A stretch of DNA of 64,000 nucleotides, taken from positions 11,284 through 75,283 of IMG/VR virus record IMGVR_UViG_3300042276_000119; one strand, 5' to 3'. The DNA is from a virus (taxonomy: Duplodnaviria > Caudoviricetes). Positions 25,966 through 36,356 of this stretch are shown here, piece after piece. A program made the translations under genes and the position numbers. The notes under the pieces were generated by a model. It made no database searches, was not told the origin of the DNA, and was given only the letters and a program-made list of their open reading frames with translations. Position 1 is the stretch's first letter. Each line of letters begins with the position of its first letter.

Positions 25966-28131
25966 TCACTGGCCGACGTGAATCACGTTCTGGGCCGCAA
26001 GCTGCTCAAATGGCCGATGGGTGATCATAACACACTGCCCACCGATGCCCATCAGTGCGCCTGCCAGTTGCAGAGCATTCTGATCATTCATTGCTTCAGT
26101 CGGTTCGTCAAGTATCAGTAGGCCGGTGTTGCCGTACAACGCTGCAGACAGTCCCACTCGCATGGCCACGCCGATGTGACCTTTCTGGGCACCGCTGCAG
26201 TTTGCGATGGGTACCCACTTTCCGTTTTCCTCAGCAACAAACCCGCCGTTCTCGTCTCTGGCGATACGTCGAATTGCACCGGCAGTGCTGATGGCCACCT
26301 TGGCGCTGGCAACGCCGAGAATCTGATCCCACACCTGCTTCAGGTACTCAGTGCGGGACTCGACCAGGAACTTTTCCAGGCGTTTGTGGCGGTCAAGGTC
26401 CTCGGCAGTTCGGCGCAGCTGATCCAGTTGTTGAGTAAGCTGTTCCAGCTTATTACCAACGCCAGCCAGCTCCACTGACAGAGTTCGCAGGTGGCCAGAC
26501 AGTTCAACCTGCTGTGGGGCCAGCTTTGCGATCTTTGCCGCAGTGTCTTCACGCTGTTGCTCTACGTCCCGCAACTCTTGGCGCCGGGCATCCAGTACAT
26601 CAGGTAGGCATCTTGGCCCACGCTCTGTGACCTGTACCGCCGTGTCTCGCAACTTGGTGCGAAGCTCATCTACTCGCTTGCTGAGTTTGGCGCGATTTCG
26701 AGCAAGCTGTTCGGCGCCGGCAATCCTGGCTTCCAACTCCGCAGCGGTACGCTCCATCTGCTCGGCCTGTGCGGTGGCGTCGGCAGGGTTGCCCACCTCC
26801 ATCTGCTCTAATTCCTCCAGGCGCATCTGTGCAGCGTTGTACTCTGCTGCTTTCATGCCACTGAGGTAACGTCCGTATTTCTTCTCCAGACCTTGCAGTC
26901 GCTCCACTTCCCTCTCGGTCTCGACGCGAGCAGATTCAACCTCCTGCAGCTGGGTAACCGCCAGGTCGATCCGCCCCTGGATCTCTGCAGGGTTATGATC
27001 ATCGAATGGGCGGTCACATGCACTGCACACACCGGCTTTCAGCTCCTGTTTCAGCTTGGCGATGTGTTTCTGCAGCGTTCTCACCTCCTGGTACGTATCT
27101 GCATCAGCCCTTAGAGCCTCCTTAATCTGCTCAGCCGGAGGAACCCTGCTGGCCAAAACCTCTTCCTCATCAGTGGCTTCGCGCAGCTTTGGCAACTGCT
27201 TCTCCAGCTCAGCTTTGCGGTCGAGTGTATTCTGCCACTGCTGGGCGAGCTTGCGGGCTTCCTTGGCGCCTTTCCGCATAGCCTCGGCATCGGATTCGTC
27301 TTGGCCTAGGTCAGGCACCTCAGGCAACGCCGCCAAGTCTTCTTCTGCCGATTCGAGTGCAGTTTGATACTCCTGACCCTGGAACCTCAGGTTCTCAAGC
27401 TCCTGCTGCTCACGCTCCAGTGCGCTGATTCTCGACCGTAGTGAAGTCTCGGCCGCTTTCAGCTGGTCGTCGTCAGTGCGGTACGTGGCGAGGGTACGTG
27501 AGAGTGAGTCCAACTCCCCCTCTGACTTGGCGATCTCTTGCTCCAACTCTGCCTGGCGGGTTTGCAGCGGGGCGATCTCTGCCTTAACTGCCTCGGGGTC
27601 GGATGATGCCGCGCTGGCCTTCAAAACGCCCATCTGGTGACGAACGGCAACCAACACACTGTCGATTACCTCCGCCCCTGAAAACGCCTCTACGCGCTTC
27701 TGGAGGGCCGTAGCGCCGAATGTCAGTACGCCGGCTGTCTCGCCCTGCATAGACAGGATGAACAGCGCGAAGTCTTTGAAGGCCAGGCCCAACAGTTCTT
27801 CGATGAACTTGGTGCAGGTGGTGTTGCCGGAGGCTACGATGTTGCCGTCCAGCTCGACCGCGCCGTTCCTAAGGTCTCTGGTAATAGTGTAGACATCCTG
27901 ATCGTGCTCGATCACCATCTTGATCTTGAAGTTCTTCTGGCCCCATGTGGGGATGTCCTCTTTCTTGCCGGGGATCGCAGTGAGTCCGTACAGGCCGGTC
28001 ACGACGGCATGGAGCAGGGTGGTCTTGCCGGCCCAGTTGTCACCGATAATAGTGTTTAGCCCGTCAGTGAAGTCGGCGCGGAAGTCGCGCAGCTTCTTGA
28101 AATTCTGTACTTCGATGCTGATGAGTTTCAT
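25966..28131 (-). CDS. SbcC/Rad50 (gp46-like) ATPase
   Basis: Walker A GDNWAGKTT, Q-loop, long coiled coils with a CSAC zinc hook, CSGAQ signature, LILDEPT and ITH. Confidence 0.92.
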   Translation of the reverse strand: MKLISIEVQNFKKLRDFRADFTDGLNTIIGDNWAGKTTLLHAVVTGLYGLTAIPGKKEDIPTWGQKNFKIKMVIEHDQDVYTITRDLRNGAVELDGNIVASGNTTCTKFIEELLGLAFKDFALFILSMQGETAGVLTFGATALQKRVEAFSGAEVIDSVLVAVRHQMGVLKASAASSDPEAVKAEIAPLQTRQAELEQEIAKSEGELDSLSRTLATYRTDDDQLKAAETSLRSRISALEREQQELENLRFQGQEYQTALESAEEDLAALPEVPDLGQDESDAEAMRKGAKEARKLAQQWQNTLDRKAELEKQLPKLREATDEEEVLASRVPPAEQIKEALRADADTYQEVRTLQKHIAKLKQELKAGVCSACDRPFDDHNPAEIQGRIDLAVTQLQEVESARVETEREVERLQGLEKKYGRYLSGMKAAEYNAAQMRLEELEQMEVGNPADATAQAEQMERTAAELEARIAGAEQLARNRAKLSKRVDELRTKLRDTAVQVTERGPRCLPDVLDARRQELRDVEQQREDTAAKIAKLAPQQVELSGHLRTLSVELAGVGNKLEQLTQQLDQLRRTAEDLDRHKRLEKFLVESRTEYLKQVWDQILGVASAKVAISTAGAIRRIARDENGGFVAEENGKWVPIANCSGAQKGHIGVAMRVGLSAALYGNTGLLILDEPTEAMNDQNALQLAGALMGIGGQCVMITHRPFEQLAAQNVIHVGQ

Positions 28132-28161
28132 GGTCTGGTCCTTTGGTCTTTTGGTCAGTCT

Positions 28162-28347
28162 TCAGGCTGATGTAGCTTTCCAGGTAATTGCCACTACCTC
28201 TCTCTGGACTCGTTCGTCCCCAATGCCTCGGGGTAGCTGTCTGGTTTCAAACTCCACTGATTCCAGATGAACATTGTGCTCTTTTTCTACCTGTTTAAAC
28301 GCCGCTTCCAGGATTTTATGGGTAGAGTTCGGCTCGCCTATGATCAT
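28162..28347 (-). CDS. hypothetical protein
   Basis: ACCAAAAGGAG leader precedes ATG 28347. Confidence 0.6.
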   Translation of the reverse strand: MIIGEPNSTHKILEAAFKQVEKEHNVHLESVEFETRQLPRGIGDERVQREVVAITWKATSA

Positions 28348-28363
28348 TTTTAGCTCCTTTTGG

Positions 28364-28633
28364 TCAGTCTTTGTCCGGTACGACATACGATTTGGTCACC
28401 GTCACTCTGCCGTGAGTTCGCTCGCCAAAAGCGTCTACCGGGGGCAAAGTGGGCGACAGCGTGAACTTCCTCAAAAACACTGCAAGTGGCCTGGCCCATA
28501 CATTGCCGTCCACGTCCCGGTACACCACCTCGGTCTCCCAAGACTCTGCCTTTTCGTTGGCTACGCAGATGATCTTGTACAGTCTCCCGCTGTGGTGCTG
28601 CCAGACTTGGTTTGTGATTGGGGTTTGCATCAC
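28364..28633 (-). CDS. DUF1653 family protein
   Basis: H.SG..Y.I...A.......VVYR...G.VWARP...F signature. Confidence 0.8.
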   Translation of the reverse strand: MMQTPITNQVWQHHSGRLYKIICVANEKAESWETEVVYRDVDGNVWARPLAVFLRKFTLSPTLPPVDAFGERTHGRVTVTKSYVVPDKD

Positions 28634-28881
28634 TGTACCTCCTGCTTCATCAGCATATACGGGCCCTTCCTACTGATAAACGCATTGAACTCTGTCCCAG
28701 ATAACCCTCCTTGGACTTTAGTAGTGTGCAACAGTAGCGCCTTGGCCAACTTGTACCCTGCCTCAAAATCCATCTCGAAGTGCTCCTCGAACCGCGAGGG
28801 GAGGTAGTCGTCGTCCTCCCGTTGTTCATCGGTGATGTCCAGAATCTCTGCTACCAACTCTTCAAAATCGAAAATGTCCAT
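28630..28881 (-). CDS. acidic hypothetical protein
   Basis: GGAGG RBS, coupled at both ends, D/E-rich N-terminal half. Confidence 0.65.
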   Translation of the reverse strand: MDIFDFEELVAEILDITDEQREDDDYLPSRFEEHFEMDFEAGYKLAKALLLHTTKVQGGLSGTEFNAFISRKGPYMLMKQEVQ

Positions 28882-29930
28882 CACTGTACCTCCGCCCGAT
28901 AATGGTTCCACAATTCGCCCAAGTCAGACCCAGACAAATCCGAACTGATCTGCGCCTCAAGATCGTGAATCTTGCCGCCCTCACTGGCCTCTGACACCAG
29001 AATGTCGGTGGTATAGCCAACTCGGTTGCGTACCATCAACCTGCCCATGGCATCGAACCAGCGGGTCACATACTCTGCCAGCTCTGGGCCGTGTTCCGGG
29101 GCTATGGTGCCGACTAGATCGACGAACTCACTGTGGATGTTTGGCGTTGGCCACTCTGAAGGTTCGCCTGAAATTTCGATCTCGGCGTAGCCCATGTGGG
29201 CGTCCCAGATCAGGTGTTTCTCCAGCTTGCCGTGAGTGTAGGTCCACAGGTACTTGTCGCTGATGTCGCCCATGCTGGTGGGGTAAGTGTTGCCAAGGTT
29301 CACGAACCGGCCACCCAAGTGGGTTGAGTGGGCATGTTCGTGTCCGTTCAGAATGTATTCGTACCCGGCATCCAAAAGCTGTTGTGCCTGCTCACGGGTG
29401 ATGTTCAAACTGGCATCGTCGTGTGTGGCACGTTCACTGTCGAAGTTGCAGTGGGTGATGACCAGCCCACCTATCGGGTTGTTGAGCGCAGCCTGGATAG
29501 CTTCGTCGAACAGCTGCTGCGTGGCGTGGTGAGGGATCAACGTGATATTGGTGCCACACTTGGCAGCGCCTTGCTCGATGCGAACACCTCCGACCGGTGG
29601 GATCACAACGGTACCGTCACATCCGCTCAACTCGTCCAGCAACTGCACTGTGCTGACCTTGTTGGCTCGGTTGGGTAGGTCGTGGTTGCCGGCGAGGATC
29701 ACATCGCATTTACGCATAACCTGCAGTCCTTGCAGGATCGCGGCTTCGTCGTTGGTGTCCTTGTCGAACAGGTCTCCGGCGATAATTTTGGTCACCCCGG
29801 GCCCGTTGTACGTGCTCAAGTTGTTGTCGAGCTGCTTGAACAACGTCTGTTTCAGGTGCTGCCGGCTGGCCACAGTTGTGTTTGCACCTCGGTTCGTGCC
29901 GAGGTGCGGGTCACTCATTATGACGATCAT
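28881..29930 (-). CDS. SbcD/Mre11 (gp47-like) metallophosphoesterase nuclease
   Basis: SDPHLG, AGDLFD, GNHD, TH and GHEH motifs. Leader motif precedes ATG 29930. Confidence 0.9.
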   Translation of the reverse strand: MIVIMSDPHLGTNRGANTTVASRQHLKQTLFKQLDNNLSTYNGPGVTKIIAGDLFDKDTNDEAAILQGLQVMRKCDVILAGNHDLPNRANKVSTVQLLDELSGCDGTVVIPPVGGVRIEQGAAKCGTNITLIPHHATQQLFDEAIQAALNNPIGGLVITHCNFDSERATHDDASLNITREQAQQLLDAGYEYILNGHEHAHSTHLGGRFVNLGNTYPTSMGDISDKYLWTYTHGKLEKHLIWDAHMGYAEIEISGEPSEWPTPNIHSEFVDLVGTIAPEHGPELAEYVTRWFDAMGRLMVRNRVGYTTDILVSEASEGGKIHDLEAQISSDLSGSDLGELWNHYRAEVQ

Positions 29931-29977
29931 GGTCTGGTCCTTTGGTCTTTTGGTTAGGGGCCAGAGGCCCCATGGTT

Positions 29978-30208
29978 TCACTGCACCTGCATAATCAGGT
30001 CCAGAGGGCGATCTTCCGCCATTCGCAGAGCCTCGTTCCGAGTCTCATATGTGCCAGGCAGTTTATGGTAATCCAAACTTCCGTTGTCCTTTGGGTACAC
30101 CAAGGTGATTCCGAACTCCTTGCCGACCCGATCGACCAGAAAAACGACATCCATTTTATCGGCCAGTCTGATTGATCGGCAGAAATCATAATTCGGGGTA
30201 CTACTCAC
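29978..30208 (-). CDS. hypothetical protein
   Basis: AGGAGG RBS, GTG start coupled to the upstream stop. Confidence 0.55.
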   Translation of the reverse strand: MSSTPNYDFCRSIRLADKMDVVFLVDRVGKEFGITLVYPKDNGSLDYHKLPGTYETRNEALRMAEDRPLDLIMQVQ

Positions 30209-30495
30209 GTTGCATTCCTCCTGAATGAATCAAAGTCATCGAACGCTTTGTCAACGTCGGCCAGGTTAATAACCCCGGTAAGGCTGATAACCTGAGTGCA
30301 GGTTCCAGAACCTCTGCGATGGGGGAACCAATAGGCATCGCAATGGCAAAGTGTCGTCTTGTGCTCTTTTCTCAATCTGTAGCTGTCAACGGAGTATTCA
30401 CCGCCACAGCTACAGCGTTTTGGCACCTTGTAATCTGCGGGGTGCCGTTTAAAACTTCTCCGGCCCCTGCAGCGTTTGCAGCGGCATGGGTACAT
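30205..30495 (-). CDS. small Cys/His-rich zinc-binding protein
   Basis: CRCKRC, CSCGG and CHC...HRRGSGTC. Confidence 0.65.
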   Translation of the reverse strand: MYPCRCKRCRGRRSFKRHPADYKVPKRCSCGGEYSVDSYRLRKEHKTTLCHCDAYWFPHRRGSGTCTQVISLTGVINLADVDKAFDDFDSFRRNAT

Positions 30496-30534
30496 ATCAA
30501 AGGTCCTCTCGGAATCTTAGATGTCCTCGGAATC

Positions 30535-31704
30535 CTAGACATCCTCTCGCAATCCGAGGGCTACTGGCTGCAGCGGTATGCCGTCATCAGATAACGCGAA
30601 GAACTTGATCGTAGCGATCTTGCCGATCACGTCATCGCGCCGCTGCCACCAGCGGTCTTTCTCGTACATGTCGCCAGGCGCAGTGGCCTCAAACTGCTCG
30701 AAGTTGTCCGCAACCAATTGCCACACAGCTACCTCAAGCCATCTGTCTTCAGCTGCCAAGTAGCGTGGACTGCCCTTGGTGACGCCGACGATTGTGAACT
30801 CAGCATCCTGGTAGTCTTTGAGCTTCAACAGGTTGCGGCTGCGCTTATCATCTTCGTACCCGGCTGTACCGTGACGAAGGATGGCCCCTTCATAACCTGC
30901 CGCAACTGCTTGGGCTTGAAGCTGTTGAGCTTCTGCGACACTGGTTATTTTTACAGTATTTAACAACCGTATGAACGATCCGTCAATATCTTCTGATGAA
31001 AGATAATCCTTCAGCATCTCCAAGCGGTGTTCATACGCCATGTCCTTCACGCAGTCGTAGACGTGGTACACCAGCTGTGTGGACTCTTCACGAGGCCGTT
31101 TGACCAACGATCCAATCTGCTGCAGGGGTGTACCGTGGCAGTAGAGTTCTCCGTCAAGGTGCAACGAGTAGCCAAGTTTGTTTTCCAGCGCCTCAAGCTG
31201 GTCTTTAATGTGAGGCAGGTTGATCTCCTTGCCTTGACGGCTGTAGAGAACTCCGTCCTTGTACATCGCCCGGTGGCCGTCCAGCTTGTACTGGCCGAAA
31301 CAGTTCGCCCAGTCGATGCTCTCAGGCTTCACCTTGCTCCACACGGTAGCCAGCATGGGCTTGGCCAGGCCCAGGGAGTTGGTGGCCTGGGCGCCTGCCT
31401 CAGGCATGACCAGGGTGTACCCCTTGTCTTCCTGCTTGCGAATGCGGCTGGCCATTTCGGACATCGCCTGTTCCCAGGGAGTCGTCTCGTTGGCCCGGCC
31501 AATGTTCTTGCCTTTCACTGGCACACGGCTACCCGTCGCCTTGCCATCCAGGGTCTTGGCGTGGCTGATCACCAGGTATGCCTCGTCGCCACCATCTGGC
31601 ATCTCGACGTTGATGTTCCAGTAGCCCACGCTGTTGGCGTGGGACTTGTACAGGGTCGTCTGTTCGCTGGCGTTCACCAGCTGAGTCATGGTCTGTGCGG
31701 TCAT
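30535..31704 (-). CDS. ATP-dependent DNA ligase with N-terminal WGR-like domain
   Basis: KPMLA, KLDGHR (motif I), LDGELY, YEGAILR, LLKLK, and C-terminal OB fold. Confidence 0.93.
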   Translation of the reverse strand: MTAQTMTQLVNASEQTTLYKSHANSVGYWNINVEMPDGGDEAYLVISHAKTLDGKATGSRVPVKGKNIGRANETTPWEQAMSEMASRIRKQEDKGYTLVMPEAGAQATNSLGLAKPMLATVWSKVKPESIDWANCFGQYKLDGHRAMYKDGVLYSRQGKEINLPHIKDQLEALENKLGYSLHLDGELYCHGTPLQQIGSLVKRPREESTQLVYHVYDCVKDMAYEHRLEMLKDYLSSEDIDGSFIRLLNTVKITSVAEAQQLQAQAVAAGYEGAILRHGTAGYEDDKRSRNLLKLKDYQDAEFTIVGVTKGSPRYLAAEDRWLEVAVWQLVADNFEQFEATAPGDMYEKDRWWQRRDDVIGKIATIKFFALSDDGIPLQPVALGLREDV

Positions 31705-32156
31705 GTGGTCAGTATCTCTAACATCTTTTGGTCAAGTTGGTCCCAGGGGAATTCGTCTATAAGGCCGGACTTCGGCAGTGGTGTGCCTTGGGCACGACAC
31801 ACTGCAAGAGTCATACCGTCCCACACCTCTATCATGTTTCGGGGCTCCGAATAGAACCAGAAGGTGTAGTGTTCACCGAGGTCACACCACTTCCGTGCAA
31901 AGGCACACTGCTGGTCTCGCACCATCTGAAAGCAGTTACGCAGTGAGTTGTGTTTCTCGCTGGCCTTCACTTCCACAAAATGTGTGTGCGAGAACGGAGT
32001 TGCCTTCACCATGAAATCCGAGGGTTGAGCCCGGACGAACCTGGCGGCTTGGCGGGTGTCCACAAATTCGTGAACGAGCCCACACGATTCAAAGTGTTTT
32101 CGGAGCCGGTCCCAGGACTCTGCCTGGAACCAGTCGCCTATGTTGTTCTTTGCCAT
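31701..32156 (-). CDS. PD-(D/E)xK nuclease, probable Holliday junction resolvase (RecU-like)
   Basis: QPSDF...FVEVK followed by a downstream Q. Adjacent to the polymerase. Confidence 0.7.
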   Translation of the reverse strand: MAKNNIGDWFQAESWDRLRKHFESCGLVHEFVDTRQAARFVRAQPSDFMVKATPFSHTHFVEVKASEKHNSLRNCFQMVRDQQCAFARKWCDLGEHYTFWFYSEPRNMIEVWDGMTLAVCRAQGTPLPKSGLIDEFPWDQLDQKMLEILTT

Positions 32157-32178
32157 ACGTCCTCCCAAAGGAGCGGCG

Positions 32179-35100
32179 TTAAGCCGCTCTATTTGTAGCC
32201 CGCTCCCACAGGTGCAGGCGCTGCTGGTTTTCTTCCCAGGCCGCTCGTGCCGCCTGTTCGATCACCTCACGTTCCGGCAGTCGTCCCAGCTCTTTCACCT
32301 TGCCCCAATCAGGGCCGACGGAGAACTCAGGCACCTGCGGCACCACATGCCCCGGAGGAGTGGCCTCGGACATCAGCTCGTTCATCTCAACGCAGTAGTC
32401 CCACACGTCATCAACGTGAACCCAGGACACTACCTCGTCGTAGATCGGAGCGAAGAACACCATCCGCAGGCGCTGGATCAAGCCACGCTGCCAGATGCCG
32501 GTCAGGACTTTCTTCAGCATGTCTGCAGCGGTGCCCTGGATTTCAAAGTTCGCACCCTGACGTTCCATACGACTGCGCTTGCCGGCTTCCTTGCTGAAGA
32601 TGTCATCCGTCATGTGGCGGCGGGTGCCAAACGTTGTCTGGGTGAAACCGTAGGCACGGGCAAAGTCAGCAGAGCGTTCCTGCCAGATGCCGATGCCGGG
32701 GTAGGTGGCGTGGGCGGCTGACAGCAGTTGTTCTGCTTCTTCGACCGGCACTGTCAGGTTTCGAGACAGGGTTTCGGCCCCGGCACCGTATGACAGGCCG
32801 AAGTTTGTACCCTTTGCCTTCTTGCCACGCACCTTGCTGTAGTCCTTGTGATTAGCGTGACCTTCATCGTTGTAGGCTTCGATGAAGGTCTCGTAATCCA
32901 CGCCGATGATCCCTGATGCGGTCATGCCGTGCAGGTCTTTCTCATCTTCAGTGCGGTGGTAGTACGTGCCGTGCTCAGTGCGGGTGACCCCATACACTGA
33001 CAGCAGGTTGGTATCCATCGTCTGGCAGGCCATGATGCGAAGCTCCTGGCCAGAGTAGTCGATAGGCACTGCCACGTAGTCAGGGTGCGGCGGCAGGAAC
33101 AGGCTTCGCATACGAAGTCCACTGTCACGCCGAGTTTCGCCCTTCGACACCTGTAGGATGTTCGGCGCACCTCCGGCAGGGCGGCGGGTCACCGTTCCGC
33201 AGTTGCGGACAGACGGATGAATACGGCCGTCTGTCGGTCGGACCCAGTTCGGGTACGGCTTGTGGTACAGGCCGAGACGGGTGAGTGCCGCTTTCGCTTC
33301 AAGGACCAGGTTCAACACCTCTGCCTTCCACTCGTGCTCGCCTTCGCAGTCGTTTGCCAAGGCCATCTTGATCACCTTGTCATCGGTGCCGGGGGAGCCT
33401 TCAAGCCCGAGGTTCATGCGCGAGGACCCTACCTGAGGCTTGGTCCGCAGTCGTAACGGCAGAGCCAGCTTGCAGTACAGTAGTTCCTGCATCTGGTTTG
33501 GTGAGTTAAGCGACAGCTCATCGCCGTACTCCGAGATTTTCGGCTCGAAGAACTGTGCACAAAACTCGCACAATTGTTCGTAGGCTTCACCCTCGCGCTT
33601 GTTCAGCAGTTTTGAAGAGGCGCCCAGGAGCGTGACGAACTTCTGCTGCTGGGGCGTCAGCATCATCACTTCTTCGGTTTCAAAATCAACGCTGTGCTTG
33701 GCCAGCCACTCGGATACAGCAGCCTGTGTGACTTTCTCAAGAGGGTCCATGCCAAGGGCATTGGTGACTCTCTCAAACTGCTTCACCGTAGGGGTGAACA
33801 CCGGAGGAATCTCATCACGGCCATAGGGGACATAAGGCACTGCCGCCTGCAGCTTGGTCTCCCAACGCTGCAACGCTGCGTCTGTCTGCTGACGAATCCA
33901 GACAGCCTGCTCGGTGTCCATGTTCTTGCCAGCCTCAGCCTGCTTCTTGTACTTCGATCTGAGGAGCTTTTTCTGGATCGGCTTCTCTGCCTCGATCAAA
34001 CCCTCGACGCCGCTGTAGTCAAGCTGTGGGCCGTCCAGGCAGTGTTCTGAAAGGATCGCCCGAATCTTCTCGATAGCTTCCTGTGAGACGCGCTCGTCGT
34101 CTTCGCGGATACGGGACATCAGTTCAGTGTCCATCACCACCCCTTCCATGAACGCCTGCATCAACACGTTGGCTGTGTACAGCTCATTCTCTTCGTAGAA
34201 GTCGATGGTGCCTTCCAGCTGCAGGACCATGTGCATGAAATCGAACAGGTAGGCAGTGACAACGCCATCGTCCACGCCGTAGCTGAACACCTGCTCAGGT
34301 GTCAGTTCGGACATGTTGCTGACGCCGGCCGCTGCCAGGGTGTCCATGTAGCTGACTTGATCGTAGTTCAGGATCGACTTACTCAGGTACTTGAGGCCGG
34401 AGCGGCTGTTCTCGTCCACGTAGCTGGACATGATGTTGGTGTCGTACAGGCCTTCCAGCTCGATACCCGCATTGGTCTTGGTCACCGTCATCTCAAACAT
34501 GGCGTTGTGGGCAACGAGAGGTTTGTTCTCGTAGGCGAACATTACCAAGTCGATCAGGGTTTCGAGTGGTAGGTTGTGATCGCTCTTGTGACCCACGCTG
34601 ACGTAGACAGAGGATTCAAGGTTCTGACCGAACGTCAGGACGCCACCCGTGATTTTCTGGCTGAGCACGTCCACGTAATCAGGGTCGTTCAGTCGGTAGC
34701 ACTCAAACTGCTGGTCATCCCAGGATTCATAGTCGAACGTGACGAAGGGCGATTTCAGAATTTCGTTCTTGATCGCTGCAATGAATCCGGGGTCGTATTC
34801 CTTCTGCGTGAGCAGGTATGCCACGGGGAGGAACGGTTCAAACACGCTGAACAGGTCCTGGCAGTTGGCCGAGGCCAGTAGCTCCTGTACTTTTACCCGG
34901 TCGGCAACCCGGCGAGTCCACAACATCTTCGGCAGTTTCTTGCCGGCCGGCTTCCAGCACAGTTCTGGGTGCAGCTTGGCAACCTGCCACTGACGGCGGA
35001 ACTCGTCCCAGTTGTTGACCAACAGCTGCAGGGATTTGAGGCCGGTCAGCTCCAGCGCTTGCTGGATAGGCTCGATGTCCTTGGCCTCCACTGCCGCTTC

Positions 35101-35793
35101 GATCTCCTTGATACCGTCATACCCAACAGCGTTTACCAGCTCGTCCCACTTGGCAGGGCCGAAGCCTGGGACGCCTTTGTAGCCATCAGACGTGTCGCCC
35201 AGCATGGCTTTGCTGATCGAGATGCAATTCTCTGCAGAGTTGAGCGGGAAGGTGTCTTTGTACCAGTCGTCGTCGGTGAAGCAGTCTTCTTTCAGGTTGA
35301 CGATGGTGTCTTCGTTCACAAGGGCCAGCAGGTCGGAGTCTACGGTGCGGACCTGCTTGATGCCCTTGAGGTTTCCGCACAGGTAGGCAATCACGTCGTC
35401 GGCTTCAACACCGTCCGCACCCACCTGCATGACGCCCAGGCGCTTGTACAGCTCGACCAGCAGCTTGTGCATACGCTCCATCTGCTCGTCTTCAATCTCG
35501 CAACGCTCCCGCTCGCCACGCTTCTGCTTGTATTCAGGCAGCAGGTTCTGGCGGTATTTGATGCCCATGTCGTGGGCCACGATGATCTGTCGGGGAGCGT
35601 ACTCGGCCAGCGCCGGCTCCAGATACCGTTCAATGAACTTGGCAAAGGTAAATTCTGCGGTAGGCACTACCTTGTCGCGGACGGCTGAGAAGATACCCTC
35701 CTGGTCGCCACCGGCATGGTAGATGTGTTTGTAGCAGGCTTTATGGTCAAGGATCAGCCAGGACTCTGGCTTGTAGAGTGGTTGCTTACGCAT
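32179..35793 (-). CDS. polA: family A DNA polymerase with 5'-3' and 3'-5' exonuclease domains
   Basis: 5' nuclease (EADDVI, DSD, GDTSDGYKGVPGFG), proofreading (FDYES, HNAMFE, YGVDD), and polymerase motifs A (DYSGQELR), B (K..NFGLSYG, Phe at the 762-equivalent) and C (IYDE). Confidence 0.95.
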   Translation of the reverse strand: MRKQPLYKPESWLILDHKACYKHIYHAGGDQEGIFSAVRDKVVPTAEFTFAKFIERYLEPALAEYAPRQIIVAHDMGIKYRQNLLPEYKQKRGERERCEIEDEQMERMHKLLVELYKRLGVMQVGADGVEADDVIAYLCGNLKGIKQVRTVDSDLLALVNEDTIVNLKEDCFTDDDWYKDTFPLNSAENCISISKAMLGDTSDGYKGVPGFGPAKWDELVNAVGYDGIKEIEAAVEAKDIEPIQQALELTGLKSLQLLVNNWDEFRRQWQVAKLHPELCWKPAGKKLPKMLWTRRVADRVKVQELLASANCQDLFSVFEPFLPVAYLLTQKEYDPGFIAAIKNEILKSPFVTFDYESWDDQQFECYRLNDPDYVDVLSQKITGGVLTFGQNLESSVYVSVGHKSDHNLPLETLIDLVMFAYENKPLVAHNAMFEMTVTKTNAGIELEGLYDTNIMSSYVDENSRSGLKYLSKSILNYDQVSYMDTLAAAGVSNMSELTPEQVFSYGVDDGVVTAYLFDFMHMVLQLEGTIDFYEENELYTANVLMQAFMEGVVMDTELMSRIREDDERVSQEAIEKIRAILSEHCLDGPQLDYSGVEGLIEAEKPIQKKLLRSKYKKQAEAGKNMDTEQAVWIRQQTDAALQRWETKLQAAVPYVPYGRDEIPPVFTPTVKQFERVTNALGMDPLEKVTQAAVSEWLAKHSVDFETEEVMMLTPQQQKFVTLLGASSKLLNKREGEAYEQLCEFCAQFFEPKISEYGDELSLNSPNQMQELLYCKLALPLRLRTKPQVGSSRMNLGLEGSPGTDDKVIKMALANDCEGEHEWKAEVLNLVLEAKAALTRLGLYHKPYPNWVRPTDGRIHPSVRNCGTVTRRPAGGAPNILQVSKGETRRDSGLRMRSLFLPPHPDYVAVPIDYSGQELRIMACQTMDTNLLSVYGVTRTEHGTYYHRTEDEKDLHGMTASGIIGVDYETFIEAYNDEGHANHKDYSKVRGKKAKGTNFGLSYGAGAETLSRNLTVPVEEAEQLLSAAHATYPGIGIWQERSADFARAYGFTQTTFGTRRHMTDDIFSKEAGKRSRMERQGANFEIQGTAADMLKKVLTGIWQRGLIQRLRMVFFAPIYDEVVSWVHVDDVWDYCVEMNELMSEATPPGHVVPQVPEFSVGPDWGKVKELGRLPEREVIEQAARAAWEENQQRLHLWERATNRAA

Positions 35794-35824
35794 TGGTCTA
35801 TCCCTTTATGGGTTGGTCTTTTGG

Positions 35825-36256
35825 TCAGTCGCAGCTGGAAGAGCTGCTTGAAGAACTTGAACTGCTGGAGGCGCAGGAACTTGAGGAATGGCTCGAACTG
35901 CCCGATACGCTGCTGATTGCCAGGCCACCGTCAGAGAAACTACTGATTGAAGCATTGTGATTAGTGTCAGTGGCTACTCTGACTGGCCGGGCAGGTTGCT
36001 TGTATCGGGTCGCAGTGTGTTTCGCTGAAGCGGGCTTATCTGTCTTGGCTACGGCTTGTAGGCTTCGAGTTCGGCGGATAGTATCTGCCTCAGCTCGGAA
36101 CCACTTCAGGTCGGAAGTAAGGGCTTCAATTCTGAGCCTGGCATCTACCAGTTTATTTCGAGCGTCAGCGGCTATCCCGCTGAGTACGAGGGTTGTCACA
36201 CCGAGCACACACACTGCAGCTGTGCCAAGGTCAATTCCTGTGTTCGGGTCTGTCAT
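35825..36256 (-). CDS. membrane-anchored protein with poly-Ser tail
   Basis: N-terminal hydrophobic helix, coiled coil, C-terminal SSSSSSSSSSSCD. Full leader motif upstream. Confidence 0.65.
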   Translation of the reverse strand: MTDPNTGIDLGTAAVCVLGVTTLVLSGIAADARNKLVDARLRIEALTSDLKWFRAEADTIRRTRSLQAVAKTDKPASAKHTATRYKQPARPVRVATDTNHNASISSFSDGGLAISSVSGSSSHSSSSCASSSSSSSSSSSSCD

Positions 36257-36280
36257 TGGTCTGGTCCTTTGGTCTTTTGG

Positions 36281-36355
36281 TGGTGGCCCCGAGGAGAATC
36301 AAACTCCAGTCGTCTCGGTTATGAGCCAAGCTGCTTTATCATAAGCTACAGGGCC
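36281..36355 (-). tRNA. tRNA with CAT anticodon, most likely Ile2 (lysidine type, reads AUA)
   Basis: GGCCCTGTAGCTTATGATAAAGC...CTTGG-CTCATAA-CCGAG...GGAG-TTTGATT-CTCC...GGGGCC-A-CCA. The GGCCC acceptor stem resembles Ile2 more than Met. Confidence 0.85.
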
Positions 36356-36356
36356 T

